Below, piece by piece: positions 23,723-35,987 of a stretch of DNA of 64,000 nt. This stretch comes from Squalus acanthias (lineage: Eukaryota): contig CM059432.1 of assembly GCA_030390025.1 (NCBI GenBank), positions 15,812,001 to 15,876,000 on the forward strand, written 5' to 3'. Under the pieces are notes generated by a model, which had not been told where the DNA came from, did no database searches, and saw only the letters and a list, made by a program, of their open reading frames with translations. How positions within the stretch are numbered: the first letter of the stretch is position 1; each line of letters begins with the position of its first letter. A program made the translations under genes and the position numbers.

Positions 23723-26242
23723 GGAAAAGGAGATGGTAATAGGACAAGTTAAGAAACAAAAGATGGCTCTAGATGAAGTGTAAATGGCAGAATGAAAGAC
23801 AGCTGCCATGTGTGAGAGAGAAAAAAAAATGGAAAAAGAAGAATAGGGGCAGAGGTTATGGTCTGAAATTGTTGAACTCTATGTTGAGTCCAGAAGGCTG
23901 TAAAGTGCCTAATCGAAAGATGAGGTGACTGTTCCTCGAGCTTACGTTGAGCTTCATTGGAACAGTGTAAGAGGCCGAATACTGTGAGGTCAGAGTGGTA
24001 GTGGAGCGGAAAATTAAAGTGACAGGCGACCGGAAGCTCAGGCTCACCCTTACGGACTGAACGGAGGTGTTCCGCAAAGCGGTCACCCAATCTGCGTTTG
24101 GTCTCCCCAGTGTAGAGGAGACCGCATCGTGGGCAGCAAATACAGTATACTAAATTGCAAGAAGTACAAGTAAATCGCTGTTTCACCTGGAAGGAGTGTT
24201 TGGGGCCCTGGACAGTGGGAAGGGTGGAGGTAAAAGGGCATGTGTTGCATCTCCTGCGCTTGCACGGGAAGGTGCCGGGCGAAGGGAAAGGGGTGTTGGG
24301 GGTGGTAGAGGAGTGGACCATGGTGACGCGGAGGGAGCGGTCCCTTTGGAATGCTGAAAGGGGAGGTGAGGGGAAGATGTGTTTGGTGGTGGCATCACGC
24401 TGGAGGTGGCAGAAATGGCGAAGGATGATCCGTTGAATGTGGAGGCTGGTGGGGTGAAAGGTGAGGACAAGGGGAACCCTATCGTGGTTCCGGGAGAGAG
24501 GGGGAAGGGGTGAGAGCAGAAGTGCGGGTGAGTGGAGTCAAAGGAGAAGTTGTTCAATGTGAGAACAAGTTCAGCCAGGCAGAGGAGGGTAGTGGTTGAT
24601 GGGGACTAGTTGGGTCTCTGTTCAAGAAGAAGCGGAGCGCCCTCAGGCCATCCTGGTGGGGGATGGAGGTGTAGAGGGATTGGACGTCCATAGTGAAAAG
24701 GAGATGGTTGGGGCCAGGAAACTGTTAAAGTGACGGAGGGCGTCGGAAGAGTCGCGGATGTAGGTGGGAACCTGCATGGGTCCGAGCCATGCCTGCCTTT
24801 TCCTGGGATATGTGGAACATTCTTTGTTCCAGTCCTACTCAGGTCCCCTCCCTCACCTCTTTTTCCGGTACATTGATGACTGTATCGGTGCTGTTTCCTG
24901 CTCTCGCCCTGAACTAGAAAATTTCATTCACTTTGCTTCCAATTTCCACCCTTCCCTCACCTTCACATGGTCCATCTCCGACTCTTCCCTTCCCTTCCTC
25001 GACTTCTCTGTCTCCATCTCTGGGGATAGGCTATTGACAAACATTTACTACAAGCCCACTGACTCGCATGGCTACCTGGACTACACTTCCTCCCACCCCG
25101 CTTCCTGTAAGGACTCTATTCCATTCTCCCAGTTTCTCCGTCTCCGCCGCATCTGCTCTGACGATGCCACCTTCCATACCAGTGCTTCCGACATGTCTTC
25201 CTTTTTCCTCAACTGAGGATTCCCCTGTACTGTGGTTGACACGGCCCTTGACCTGTGTCCGTTTTATTTCCCGTACTTCTGCTCTCACCCCTTCCCCTCC
25301 CTCCCGGAACCACAATAGGGTTCCCCTTGTCCTCACCTTTCACCCCACCAGCCTCCACATTCAACGGATCATCCTCCTCCATTTCCGCCACCTCCAGCGT
25401 GATCCCACCACCAAACACATCTTCCCCTCACCTCCCCTTTCAGCATTCCGAAGGGAACGCTCACTCCGCGACACCCTGGTCCACTCCTCAATCACCCCTA
25501 ACAGCCCTTCCCCTTCGCCCGGCACCTTCCCGTGCAAGCGCAGGAGATGCAACACATGCCCTTTTACCTCCCCTCTCCCCACTGTCCAGGGACCCAAACA
25601 CTCCTTCCAGGTGAAACAGCGATTTACTTGTACTTCTTGCAAATTAGTATACTGTATTTGCTGCTCACGATGCGGTCTCCTCTACATTGGGGAGACAAAT
25701 GCAGATTGGGTGACCACTTTGCGGAAAACCTCCATTCAGTCCGTAAGGGTGACCCCGAGCTTCCGGTCGCCTGTCACTTTAATTCTCCGCTCCACTCCCA
25801 CTCAGACCTCACCATCCTCGGCCTCTTACATTGTTCCAATGAAGCTCAACGTAAGCTCGAGGAACAGCACCTCATCTTTCGATTAGGCACTTCACAGCCT
25901 TCTGGACTCAACATAGAGTTCAACAATTTCAGACCATAACCTCTGCCCCTATTCTTTTTTTTCTCCATTCATTTTATTTATTATATATTTTTTTTCTCTC
26001 TCCCACATGGCAGCTGCCTTTCATTCTGCCATTTACACTTCATCTAGAGACATCTTTTGTTTCTTAACTTGTCCCATTGCCATCTCCTTTTGCCTTGCAC
26101 CATCTCTTAATGTCTTTTAATCTCTCCTGCCTTTCATCCTTTCATCCTATCACAGACCTTCCCTTTTGTTCTTTCCTCCCCTCCCCCGCTTTTCCCTGCC
26201 CCTACACTTGCTTAAAAACCTGTTCGATCTCCAGCTTTTTCC

Positions 26243-26279
26243 AGTTCTGACGAAGGGTCATCGACCTGAAACGTTAACT
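26243..26279 (+). ncRNA. Minimal type I hammerhead ribozyme (PLE-associated), sense to lama1 pre-mRNA
   Basis: AGUU-CUGACGA-A-GGGUC(AUC)GACCU-GAAA-CGU-U-AACU; stem I AGUU/AACU, palindromic stem III ACGU, GUU cleavage triplet. Confidence 0.82.
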
Positions 26280-26432
26280 TTGTTTCTCTCTCCACAGAAG
26301 CTGCCTGGCCTGCTGAGTATTTCCAGCATTTTCTGTTTTTATTTCAGATTTCCAGCATCTGCAGTATTTTGCTTTTGTTTTAGAGATAAAAAGAAACTCT
26401 ACAAATGCTGGAAACCCAAAATAAGACATAAA

Positions 26433-26657
26433 GGGGGAGAAATTGGGTTGCTTTGTGCCTCCCATTAGCGCTGTTGCATGTAGCACCACGATATTCAATG
26501 GTAGCGCCCCAGGAAGGGGGGGAGAACGCTTCCAGTAGCGCCCCGCCTACTGCTTGGGTTAATTTACAGCGCAGGGGCGCTAACTTTTTCGGGGCGCTAA
26601 AAGTAGCGCCCTGGCGAAATTAGTGCCCCAAAAGGGGCGCCACCGAATTTTTCCCCC
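26433..26657. mobile_element. Harbinger-type MITE
   Basis: GGGGGAGAAATT ... AATTTTTCCCCC, 3-bp TSD AAA; AGCGCC-rich interior like 55366-56249. Confidence 0.75.
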
Positions 26658-27158
26658 AAAATGCGCAGCAAGTCGGTCAGCACCAGAACTGATTCATGTT
26701 TTGGGGTCTGACATTTCATCAGGACATCCGCACAGGAAGTCTTATTGGAACAAATATAGGGCCATGGGAACTCTCGCGGCTTTGCCCCTTGATGTCGCCG
26801 TGCAAATTCTGCAGTCCTTTTTGTGTGCTCAGTAGGCACTGGGATTAATTTTTGTAAAACATGTCCTCATTAAATCAACTTGTTATGTTACAAAATGTGG
26901 AATACATTGAAAACCATTCATGCGTAGGAGCGATTACAAAGCAGTGATCTAATGGATTCAGCGAAATTAATAATCAGGGAAAACAAAGTTCACAGACTTT
27001 TAATGGACATGCTTACGCAAGAGATGAGGTTCTGGCTTCGAAGTCACTCCCACGATCCCGTGAAGTTGGGACAGTTTTATTTCACTTTTGCTGTTTGTTC
27101 TCCCTGCTGCAACGGGTACGACAGACGGGACACCTCTCTGGAGTTGGCAAGTGACAAT

Positions 27159-27491
27159 GGGGTTGATTTTGACTTTCGGAGCGAGGGACCCGGCGGAGTG
27201 TGCTGGTCGGTCGCCCGTTCCAGCGGCGATCAGCGCCCCCCACCCCCCCCCGCCGCGATTTTGAAGCCCCAGTCTCGTTAAAATATGGCAGGTGAGCTGC
27301 AGGGGGCGCCAAACAAGCGTCACGAGGCAGCTCATTGGATTCTGGCCTCGACACCAGGCCGGGACGGCCACCAGCAAGCTAAGTTGCAGAGAGGGGGGGA
27401 AGGTCACGATCGTGGAGCGGGGGGGTGGTGGCCATATTATTTCATTAATGCTCCGTTAACGGCAGGCGATGAGCAGTGACAATCGACCCCC
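27159..27491. mobile_element. Harbinger-type MITE
   Basis: GGGGTTGATT ... AATCGACCCC(C), flanked by AAT on both sides. Confidence 0.65.
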
Positions 27492-27647
27492 AATGTGTTT
27501 AATGCTGCTTGTCATTTATTTTGAGAAATAAGCTGCGGAATATAAGTATCTACATTTTATAAAGCAATGTTTACCCGGGGATTCACATCATGCATCAAAA
27601 AGGGTTTGTCGAAAATTTGCGTTGAATGCCTGTCCTCACTTTGCCAG

Positions 27648-27768
27648 GATTTCTAATATCTCGATGGAGATTGCGATGGAGGAAGATGAAACTCATGCGG
27701 CTCGAGATCGTGCGCGTCAGATCGAGATCTGTGACTGCCCCTCTGGATACGCAGGCCTCTCGTGCCAG
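27648..27768 (+). CDS. lama1: lama1 exon (end of L4, LE resumes), 121 nt, phase 2/0
   Basis: tgccag|G ATT...CAG|gtgtgg; ISNISMEIAMEEDETHAARDRARQIEICDCPSGYAGLSCQ. Confidence 0.95.
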
Positions 27769-28332
27769 GTGTGGTGTTCAATCCGAATACTTTCATTCTT
27801 CCCAGTGAAACGCGGGCTGTACAATTCTGTTTGTTTTTCAGCCGGCAGAACTGAGTTATACTGCCGGCTCTGCAGCCATCTCTGGTCGCAAAAAAGCTGA
27901 GCGTGCACGCACGTTCACGAATGCACACAACTCTGCTCAGTAGCTTTCCATGACCCGTCAACTGTTAATGTAGCTTAAAAACAAAGTCAGCTCTTTACTA
28001 ACATCAAAAAGTTTTAAGCATTTTTTTTTTACAGTGAACGTCCTGGTAGTTTCCAAGTTCACTTTACACAGTTATGATTATACTGCAGCCGAAATGCTGC
28101 CATCCAACCTCTGCACAGAGCTGGCTGGAGCTAAGAACCATAGAAGAGTAGCATCAGATTATACGTTGAATTTAAATGATTTTTATGTTGAGTCAATTCA
28201 AAATTCTACAGTATGACTGGGTCCTGGACGAAGGAATAGAGACTTGTACATCCAAGTTTGCGGATGACACTAATTTGGAACTCTCTTCACAAAAAGTCTG
28301 TGGATGCTAGGAAAATTGGAGTTTTCGAGACT

Positions 28333-29205
28333 TTTTTTTATTCGTTCATGGGATCTGGGCAAGGCCAGCTTTTATTGCCCATCCCTAGTTGCCCTTGAGA
28401 AGGTGGTGGTGAGCCGCCTTCTTGAACTGCTGCAGTCCGTGTGGTGAAGGTACTCCCACAGTGCTGTTAGGGAGGGAGTTCCAGGATTTTGACCCAGTGA
28501 CGATGAAGGATCGGCGATATACTTCTAAGTCAGGATGGTGTGTGACTTGGAGGGGAACTTGGAGGTGGTGGTGTTCCCATGCGCCTGCTGCCCTTGTCCT
28601 TCTAGGTGGTTAAGGCCGCGGGTTTGGGAGGTGCTGCCGAAGAAGCCTTGGCAAGTTGCTGCAGTGCATCTTGTAGATGGTACACACTGCAGTCACAGTC
28701 GCCAGTGGTGGAGGGAGTGAATGTTTAAGGTGGTGGATGGGGTGCCAATCAAGTGGGCTGCTTTGTCCTGGGTGGTGTTGAGCTTCTTGAGTGTTGTTGG
28801 AGCTGCACTCATCCAGGCAAGTGGAGAGTATTCCATCACACTCCTTACTTGTGCCTTGTTGACGGTGGAAAGGCTTTGGGGAGTCAGGAGGTGAGACACT
28901 CGCTGCAGAATACCTAGCCTCTGACCTGCTCTTGTTGCCACAGAATTTATGTGGCTGGTCCAGTTAAGTTTCTGGTCAATGGTGACCCCCAGGATGTTGA
29001 TGGTGGGGGATTCGGCGATGGTAATGCCGTTGAATGTCAAGGGGAGGTGGTTAGACTCTCACTTGTTGGAGATAGTCATTGCCTGGCACTTGTGAGGCGC
29101 GAATGTTACCTGCCACTTATCAGCCCAAGCCTGAACGTCATCCAGGTCTTGTTGCATGCGGGCATGGACTGCTTCATTATCTGAGGAGTTGCGAATGATA
29201 CTGAG
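28333..29205 (-). mobile_element. LINE (second CR1/L2-group family) 3' fragment
   Basis: ILGVTIDQKLNWTSHI...KAQVRSVMEYSPLAW; A-rich tail; same family at 32395-34390 and 42474-43153. Confidence 0.88.
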
Positions 29206-30132
29206 CATCGATGGGCTTTTGTTAGGTAAGAGCACCAAGAGATATGGAGCAAAGGTGGGAAAATGCAGTTGAGGCACAAATGAGCCATGATCTAATTGGT
29301 TGATTGTTGGAGCAGGCCCGGGGGGTTGAATGGCTGACTAGATTTTCATGTAGCGGCGATGTGCTTGAGATAAACCTGACACTCCAGTCTTGGGGAGGGA
29401 TGATTTTCAACTCGCGTCCGCCCATTTCTTGTCTGAAGAATGCGGTTGGCAGCAGAAAATGTGGTGTGCAGGGGGCGGGGGCGGGGGGCGAAGGCACCTC
29501 AGCCACCCCACTGATGCCCAAGGCGCGCGCCTGATGCAACTCTCACGTGGGCCTGTAAATGTGCGAGCCGGCTGTTTAAATATTAGTGTTCTACGCCGGT
29601 TGTGTTCATAGTGTTGACCCACATGGTATTTGGGCTGTTTAATAATTGGGTAGTGACCACAACAATTATGAACCCTAGCTCTCAGGATTGTTTTTAGCCT
29701 TGGTAATTAATTGATAGACCATTTGTAAATAGACCAACAGATTTAATGCTGTTGAGAGAAGCTAATGATAACTTAAACCTAGAATAGTACTATATATTTT
29801 ATATATTTCTGACATGATTTAAAAAAAAGTTGTATCTCATTTTCTAATGTTGAAGTAATATTTAGCCTCCCAGATAAGTGGTTCGATCCGATGGGAACAT
29901 TATTAAGATATTGTCACAATTTTTTAAGATCATTTTTGTAATATATATTTTAATTGCCAGGAAGTTGGCATATTTATAATAAATTCCTTTGGCAAACAAG
30001 TGCTTGTAGCTTAGAAGAAATATCGAGCTTTTTTTAAGCTGAGAAATGTATCTGAAAGGTCCAATCCAACAGCGCAGACGCCACAAGGACTGAAAAGGAT
30101 AGAAAGAACTAAGTCAGGAAGTAGGGCTTGTG

Positions 30133-30268
30133 TTATAAACAGAAAATGCTGGTAATACTCAGCAGGCCAGGCAGCATCTGCGACGAGAGAAACAAGAGTT
30201 AACCGAGTATTTCCAGCCTTTTCTGTTTATATTTCAGATTTCCAGCATCCGCAGTATTTCTGCCTTTG
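30133..30268. mobile_element. Tiny inverted Penelope-like end fragment
   Basis: aaacagaaaatgctggtaatactc...gagttaac joined to gagtatttccagccttttctgttt; homologous to both termini of 20412-26381. Confidence 0.8.
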
Positions 30269-30270
30269 TA

Positions 30271-30624
30271 CAGGAAACTTTCATTTATCCGGCACCCAAA
30301 TATCCGGAATTCTCGCTTAACCGGCAAAAATCATCCTCCGAAAACTCCTCTCAAATAACCGCAATGTTGCCGATCCCGAGTCCGAGTCCGAGTCCGCGAA
30401 CGCCGATTTAGTCAGTAGGGCAACTTTTCAAAAGTGCCACTACTCGGCCTCCTGGCGCTGTCGGAAGTCCGAAACATTGCAGTAGCAGGAGTTGATTCTC
30501 CCGCGCTGCCTGGAGTCTCTTTGTTAAAAATAGCCTCGGTAGATATAACTCTCCGTTATCCGGTACTTTCGATAAACCGGCACCACGCCGGTCCCGTCGA
30601 TGCCGGATAAACGAAAGTTTCCTG
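30271..30624. mobile_element. Tc1/mariner-superfamily (Tigger/pogo-like) MITE, 354 bp
   Basis: 24-bp TIR CAGGAAACTTTC(A/G)TTTATCCGGCA (1 mismatch) flanked by TA on both sides; internal (CCGAGT)n. Confidence 0.88.
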
Positions 30625-31059
30625 TAGTAGGGTTTGGATATCGCCAAGTTTTGGCTTTTAACAGCCTGTTCAGTGCAGGAGGAAGGACAGATTGAAAGAG
30701 GTGAAAAGCTCCGTAGATTCGAAGCCCAGGTAAACAATCAGTTAGAGTACAAAACAGTACGATGAGCCATGATGGCTCCGTACAAATAAAACACAGCGAC
30801 AGATTCACCAATCATGGGGATAATTTTCCCCGGACCCACCAGCAGGGAACAGGCGGGATTGGTTCCGTCTTCCGTTTTAAACCACTTTCCGGTGAAGTCT
30901 GGTGGACGGTTAAACCGGGTGAGGTGTAAAACGGGCGGCCAATGACCAGTGCATCCCCTCAGTTTCCCGCTGCGCAGGTTTGGTTAAAATGACCCCCTGT
31001 TTCTTGTCCGTGATGAATCCTCTGTTTAACCTCTTCACCGTTGACCTTTTTTTTTAAAG

Positions 31060-31185
31060 GAATGTGCTCCGGGTTTTTATAGACAGAAGACAACGAATGG
31101 CCTCCGCCCCCTCGATATCGCATGTGTCTCATGCCAGTGCAACAACCACAGTAATATCTGTGACCTTGATACAGGCAAATGTCAG
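31060..31185 (+). CDS. lama1: lama1 exon (LE), 126 nt, phase 0/0
   Basis: ttaaag|GAA...CAG|gtaggt; ECAPGFYRQKTTNGLRPLDIACVSCQCNNHSNICDLDTGKCQ. Confidence 0.95.
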
Positions 31186-31769
31186 GTAGGTGCCACTTAT
31201 AGATGGATGCAATACTGGCAAAGATTTACAAGACTGTAAGCGAATCGAAGAGTACGACACTTTATATGAATGCAGTGACTAGATTGGATTCTGGAACTCA
31301 CTCGCTGTTTTCTGATACACATTTTCTTTAATTCTTGTTACCAGGGAAAAGCGCAGAATTCACCCATTTTAGGATAATTCACTAAGTACTCAAATTTAGG
31401 TATTTTGGGGATGTAGGTATGCTTTATCCTTTAAAAGGAAGTATAAATGTTGCTCAGTGGATGCACAAAATAATTTCACGTATTCTTTGTTTAGCATTTG
31501 TCTGCGTGGTGAAATGCACCTTTATTTTCCATTGCTGGTTCCCTCCCCATTTAATTTTCCCTTCCTGCATTGTTAGTAGAGTGGATGGTTGAACCTGCGT
31601 CCCACCACTATGCGGCGATACACATTAGAGCTCGAACACTCTGTGCCACCGTGCTGCTTCTGTCTTGAGGCAGTCGTTTCCTATTTTCAAGATGGGTGGC
31701 AGGAAAGGAACTGCTGTAAGTGGCAGGAGTCACTTAGCTTTATTTTTCTCCCTGCCTTTTCTGAAGATA

Positions 31770-32342
31770 GAGTCATAAAGTCATAGAGTCATAACGGCAC
31801 AGAAGGAGGCCATTTGGCCTATCGCGTCCATGCCGGCTCTCTGTAGAGCAATCCAGTCAGTCACGTTTCCCTGCTCAATATATCCGTAGCCCAGCAAGTT
31901 TATTTCCCTCAAGTGCCTATCCAGTCTCCCCTTGAAATCATTGAGTGTCTCCACTTCCGTTGGCAGCGAGTTCCCGGTCCTCACCACTCGCTGCGTAAAA
32001 AGGTTTTTCCTCACGTCCCCCCGTATCTCTTGCCCAAAACCTTAAATCTGTGTCCCCTAGTCCTTGTACAATCAACTAGTGGGAACAGCCTTTCCCCGTC
32101 TAGCCTATCCAAACCCGTCATAATCTTGTACACCTCCGTCAAATCACCCCTCAACCTCCTTTGCTCTAATGAAAAAAAATCCAACTTCTCCAACCTGTCC
32201 TTGTAGCTAAGATCCCCCATCCCCGGAACCATTCTGGTAAATCTCCTCTGCACCCTCACAAGGGCCTTCACATCCTTCCTAAAGTGTGGTGACCAGAACT
32301 GGACGCAATACTTCAGTTGTGGCCTAACCTGCGCTTTATAAA
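31770..32342 (-). mobile_element. CR1 3' fragment
   Basis: LYKAQVRPQLKYCVQFWSPHFRKDV...RRLRGDL; tandem tail atagagtc/ataaagtc. Confidence 0.88.
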
Positions 32343-32394
32343 GATGCCGAGTAACACCGAGGAATGGTCCCTTGGGGCTGAATTTTTTGCTTTT

Positions 32395-34390
32395 TAAAAA
32401 ATGTATTCGTTCCTGAGATGTGGGCGTCGTTGGCAAGGCCAGCATTTATTGCCCATCCCTAGTTGCCCTTGCAAAGGTGGTGGTGAGCCGCCTTCCTGAA
32501 CCGCTGCAGTCCATGTGGTGAAGGTACCCCCACAATGCTGTTAGGGAGGGAGTTCCAGGATTTTGACCCAGCCACAATGAAGGAATGGCGATATATTTAC
32601 AAGTCAGGATGGTGTGTGACTTGGAGGGTAACTTGGAGGTGGTGGTGTTCCCATGCACCTGCTGCCCTTGTCCTTCTAGAGGCAGAGGTCGTGGGTTTGT
32701 GAGGTGGTGTCGAAGAAGCCTTGGCGAGTTGCTGCAGTGCATCTTGTAGATGGTACACACTGTAGCCACGGTATGCCGGTGGTGGAGGGAGTGAATGTTT
32801 AAGGTGGTGGATGGGGTGCCGATCAAGCGGGCTGCTTTGTCTTGGATGGTGTCGAACTTCTTGAGTGTTGTTGGAGCTGCACTCATCCAGGCAAGTGGAG
32901 AGTATTCCATCACACTCCTTACTTGTGCCTTGTAGATGGTGGAAAGGCTTTGGGGAGACACTCGCCGCAGAATACCCAGCCTCTGACCTGCTCTTGTTGC
33001 CACAGAATTTATGTGGCTGGTCCAGTTAAGTTTCTGGTCAATGGTGACCCCCGCCCCCCCCCCCCAGGATGTTGATGATGGGGGATTCAACGATGGTAAT
33101 ACCAGTGGCAATCCCCACTTCTGACCTTATGATGGAGGGAAGGTCATTGATGAAGCATATGAAGATGGTTGGGCCTAGGATACTGCCCTGAGGAACTCCT
33201 GCAGCGATGTCCTGGGGCTGTGATGATTGGCTTCCAACAACCACACCATCTTGCTTTGTGCTAGGTATGACTCCAGCCAGTTTTCCCCCGATCCCCATTG
33301 ACTTCAGTTTTACTAGGCTCCTTGGTGCCACACTCGGTCAAATGCTGCCTTGATGTCAAGGGCAGTCACTCTCACCTCACCTCTGGAATTTTCCCATGTT
33401 TGGACCAAGGCTATAATGAGGTCTGGAGACAAGTGGTCCTGGCAGAACCCAGACTGAGCATCGATGAGCAGGTTATTGGTGAGTAAGTGGCGCTTGATAG
33501 CACTGTTGACGACACCTTCCGTCACTTTGCTGATGATTGAGAGTAGGCTGATGGGCCAGTAGTTATCCGGATTGGATTTGTCCTGCTTTTTGTGGACAGG
33601 ATATACCTGGGCAATTTTCTACATTGTCTGATAGATGCCAATGTTGTAGCTGTACTGGAACAGCTTGGCTAGAGGCGCAGCTAGTTCTGGAGCACAGGTC
33701 TTCAGCACTACAGCCGGGATGTTGTCAGAGTCCATAGTCTTTGCTGTATCCAATGCGCTCTGCCGTTTCTTGATATCACGTGGAGTGAATCGAATTGTCT
33801 GAAGACTGGCATCTGTGATGGTGGGGACCTCAGGAGGAGGCTGAGATGTATCATCCACTCGGCACTTCTGGCTGAAGATGGTTTCGAATGCTTCAGCCTT
33901 GTCTTTTGCACTCGCGTACTGGGCTCCGCCATTGTTGACGATGAGGATGTTCATGGAGCCTCCTCCTCCAGTTAGTTATTTAGTTGTCTACCATCATTCA
34001 CAACTGGATATGGCAGGACTGCAGAGCTTTAATCTGATCTGTTGGTTGTGGGATCTCTTAGCTCTGTCTATAGCATGCTGCTTCCGTTGTTTAGCATGCA
34101 TGTAGTCTGGTGTTGCAGCTTTACCTGGTTGGCACCTCAATTTCGGGTACGCCTGGTGCTGCTCCTGGCATGCTCTTCTACACTCCTCATTGAACCAGGG
34201 TTGGTCCCCTGGCTTGATGGTAATGGTAGAGTGAGGGATATGCCGGGCCATGAGGTTACAGATTGTGGTGGAATACAATTCTGCTGCTGCTGATGGCCCA
34301 CAGCGCCTCATGGATGGCCAGTTTTGAGCTGCTAGATCTGTTCTGAATCTATCCCATTTAGTGCAGTGGTAGTGCCACACAACACGGTGG
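32395..34390 (-). mobile_element. LINE (second family), ORF2 remnant of about 2 kb
   Basis: PWFNEECRRAC, ALDIKAAFDRVWH, GVPQGSILGPTIFICFINDL; frameshifted. Confidence 0.9.
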
Positions 34391-35865
34391 AATAATCCTA
34401 AGGAATGGGTCCTTGGTGCTTATTCACCCAAGCAGCCATTCTTCATTTGTGAGCTTAGACAATGAGCGTTGATAGACTATTGTGCTGTAAGGAGTGTCAA
34501 AGCCAAGCAAAATCCTACACTTACCCAACATCTAAGCGTGTGCTGTTTCCTAAGGGGCGAGATTGGGAATCCTGTCTGATTTCCACTACGCCCCAGGGAA
34601 GCCTATGCTGAGATAAACAAGTTCAGCACCTACCAGGGAATGAAGCTGGAACCTCTTATCCCATCGTTCAGTACAGTACCACAGTATAATACATGACTGA
34701 GCCATTGAGACCTCACCACCATGACTTTATTTTTATTTTATAGCTAGTAATTGAGTGGAGGTGTCACCATAACAATTCTTAACGCTAAACCACATGACAT
34801 ACCTAGTACTAAATAACACCAATTATTTTGCTGATGTAATTTGTAGATGTTCTGACATCCCAAAGAAATAACGATTTAACCAGAGTGGTTCTCATTTTCA
34901 ACTGTAGATCAATCAAAAGCAGCAAATGTTCTGTTTCTTTGTGAAACCAAGTTTAAAAGCTCTAAAATCAATTATTGCCCTCTACATATAAGGCGGCAAC
35001 CTGCCCTTCTGGGCACTTAGATTAACTATCTGCTTTGATTTAAAATATCAATATTAGTTGGAATTAGGGACCGTTTCTGATTTAATATTATGTGCATTAA
35101 GCTCCCACTTGTTAACATTGTATTGATCACTAATAAGCCCATACAATGCATGAAAGCTCTGATATAATAAGTCTCCCTTTTTAATAATGAAAAGCTCTCA
35201 AAGCATAACAATTAATTCATCCCCAAGGCTTCCAGGTGGCTCCGGGTGTAGCGAAACTCCTTTCATAGTGAAATGTTGGCCTGGAAAATAATACTTTCAT
35301 TAGGAAGCTGATCACTGTATATGTGATTAGAGCTAGCACTTGAATTAAGCTATTAGCATTAAATATTCGACAGTCGTGATCACCTTTGCTGCTGTTGTCT
35401 TTACATTCGACAAGCATTTGGCATTTGCGACGAGGAAAGAGCTTTCCTGTTCTAAAATAACTTCAGGAGTTCAGAGGTGACATCTTATTAGCTTACTCCT
35501 GTAGGTTGTTAACTGAGTAAATATCTAACGTATTGACGATGTCAAGATTTGTGATTTTTTGCAGGCACCACTTCATTTATTTAAGCTAGCTAGTTGTGAG
35601 AAAGGGAACCCTCGGTGCCTCTGTCAAATAAGCCTTTTATTTCTACTCCAAGACTGTTGTTCACAGCTTAGTTGCTTTGGAGTTATCCAGTCAGTCTCAC
35701 TGAGGCAGTAATCTTTCACAGAGGGGTGACAACCCTCTAGACATAGACTCGGTTGCCTGACACCATGCTCAGTTGATTTAAATGGGTTATTCTTACCCAC
35801 CCCCAGCGCCCCTGCTGAGTGAGGATGATCTGTTTGTGATTTTTTTTTCTACTTCTGTAAACCAG

Positions 35866-35987
35866 GGATGTCAAGACAACACAGTGGGTGATCACTGCGA
35901 ACTGTGTGCTTCAGGATACTACGGCAGAGTAAATGGATCTATCAATGACTGCTCACTTTGTGCCTGTCCCCGGTCCAATTCTGGCAG
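35866..35987 (+). CDS. lama1: lama1 exon (LE), 122 nt, phase 0/2
   Basis: aaccag|GGA...AG|gtaatg; GCQDNTVGDHCELCASGYYGRVNGSINDCSLCACPRSNSG(S). Confidence 0.95.

Larger units (their letters stand above)
20412..26381. mobile_element. Penelope-like retroelement (RT + GIY-YIG) in inverted head-to-head arrangement, left arm interrupted by CR1
   Basis: Minus arm 20412-20655 + 23723-24769 (LFTMDVQSLYTSIP; LVYCICCPRCGLLYTGET). Plus arm about 24764-26381 (MGTCMGP...FRYIDD; LVYCICCSRCGLLYIGET). Probable TSD AGAGATTAAAAAGAAA 20396-20411 / AGAGATAAAAAGAAA 26382-26396. Confidence 0.92.
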
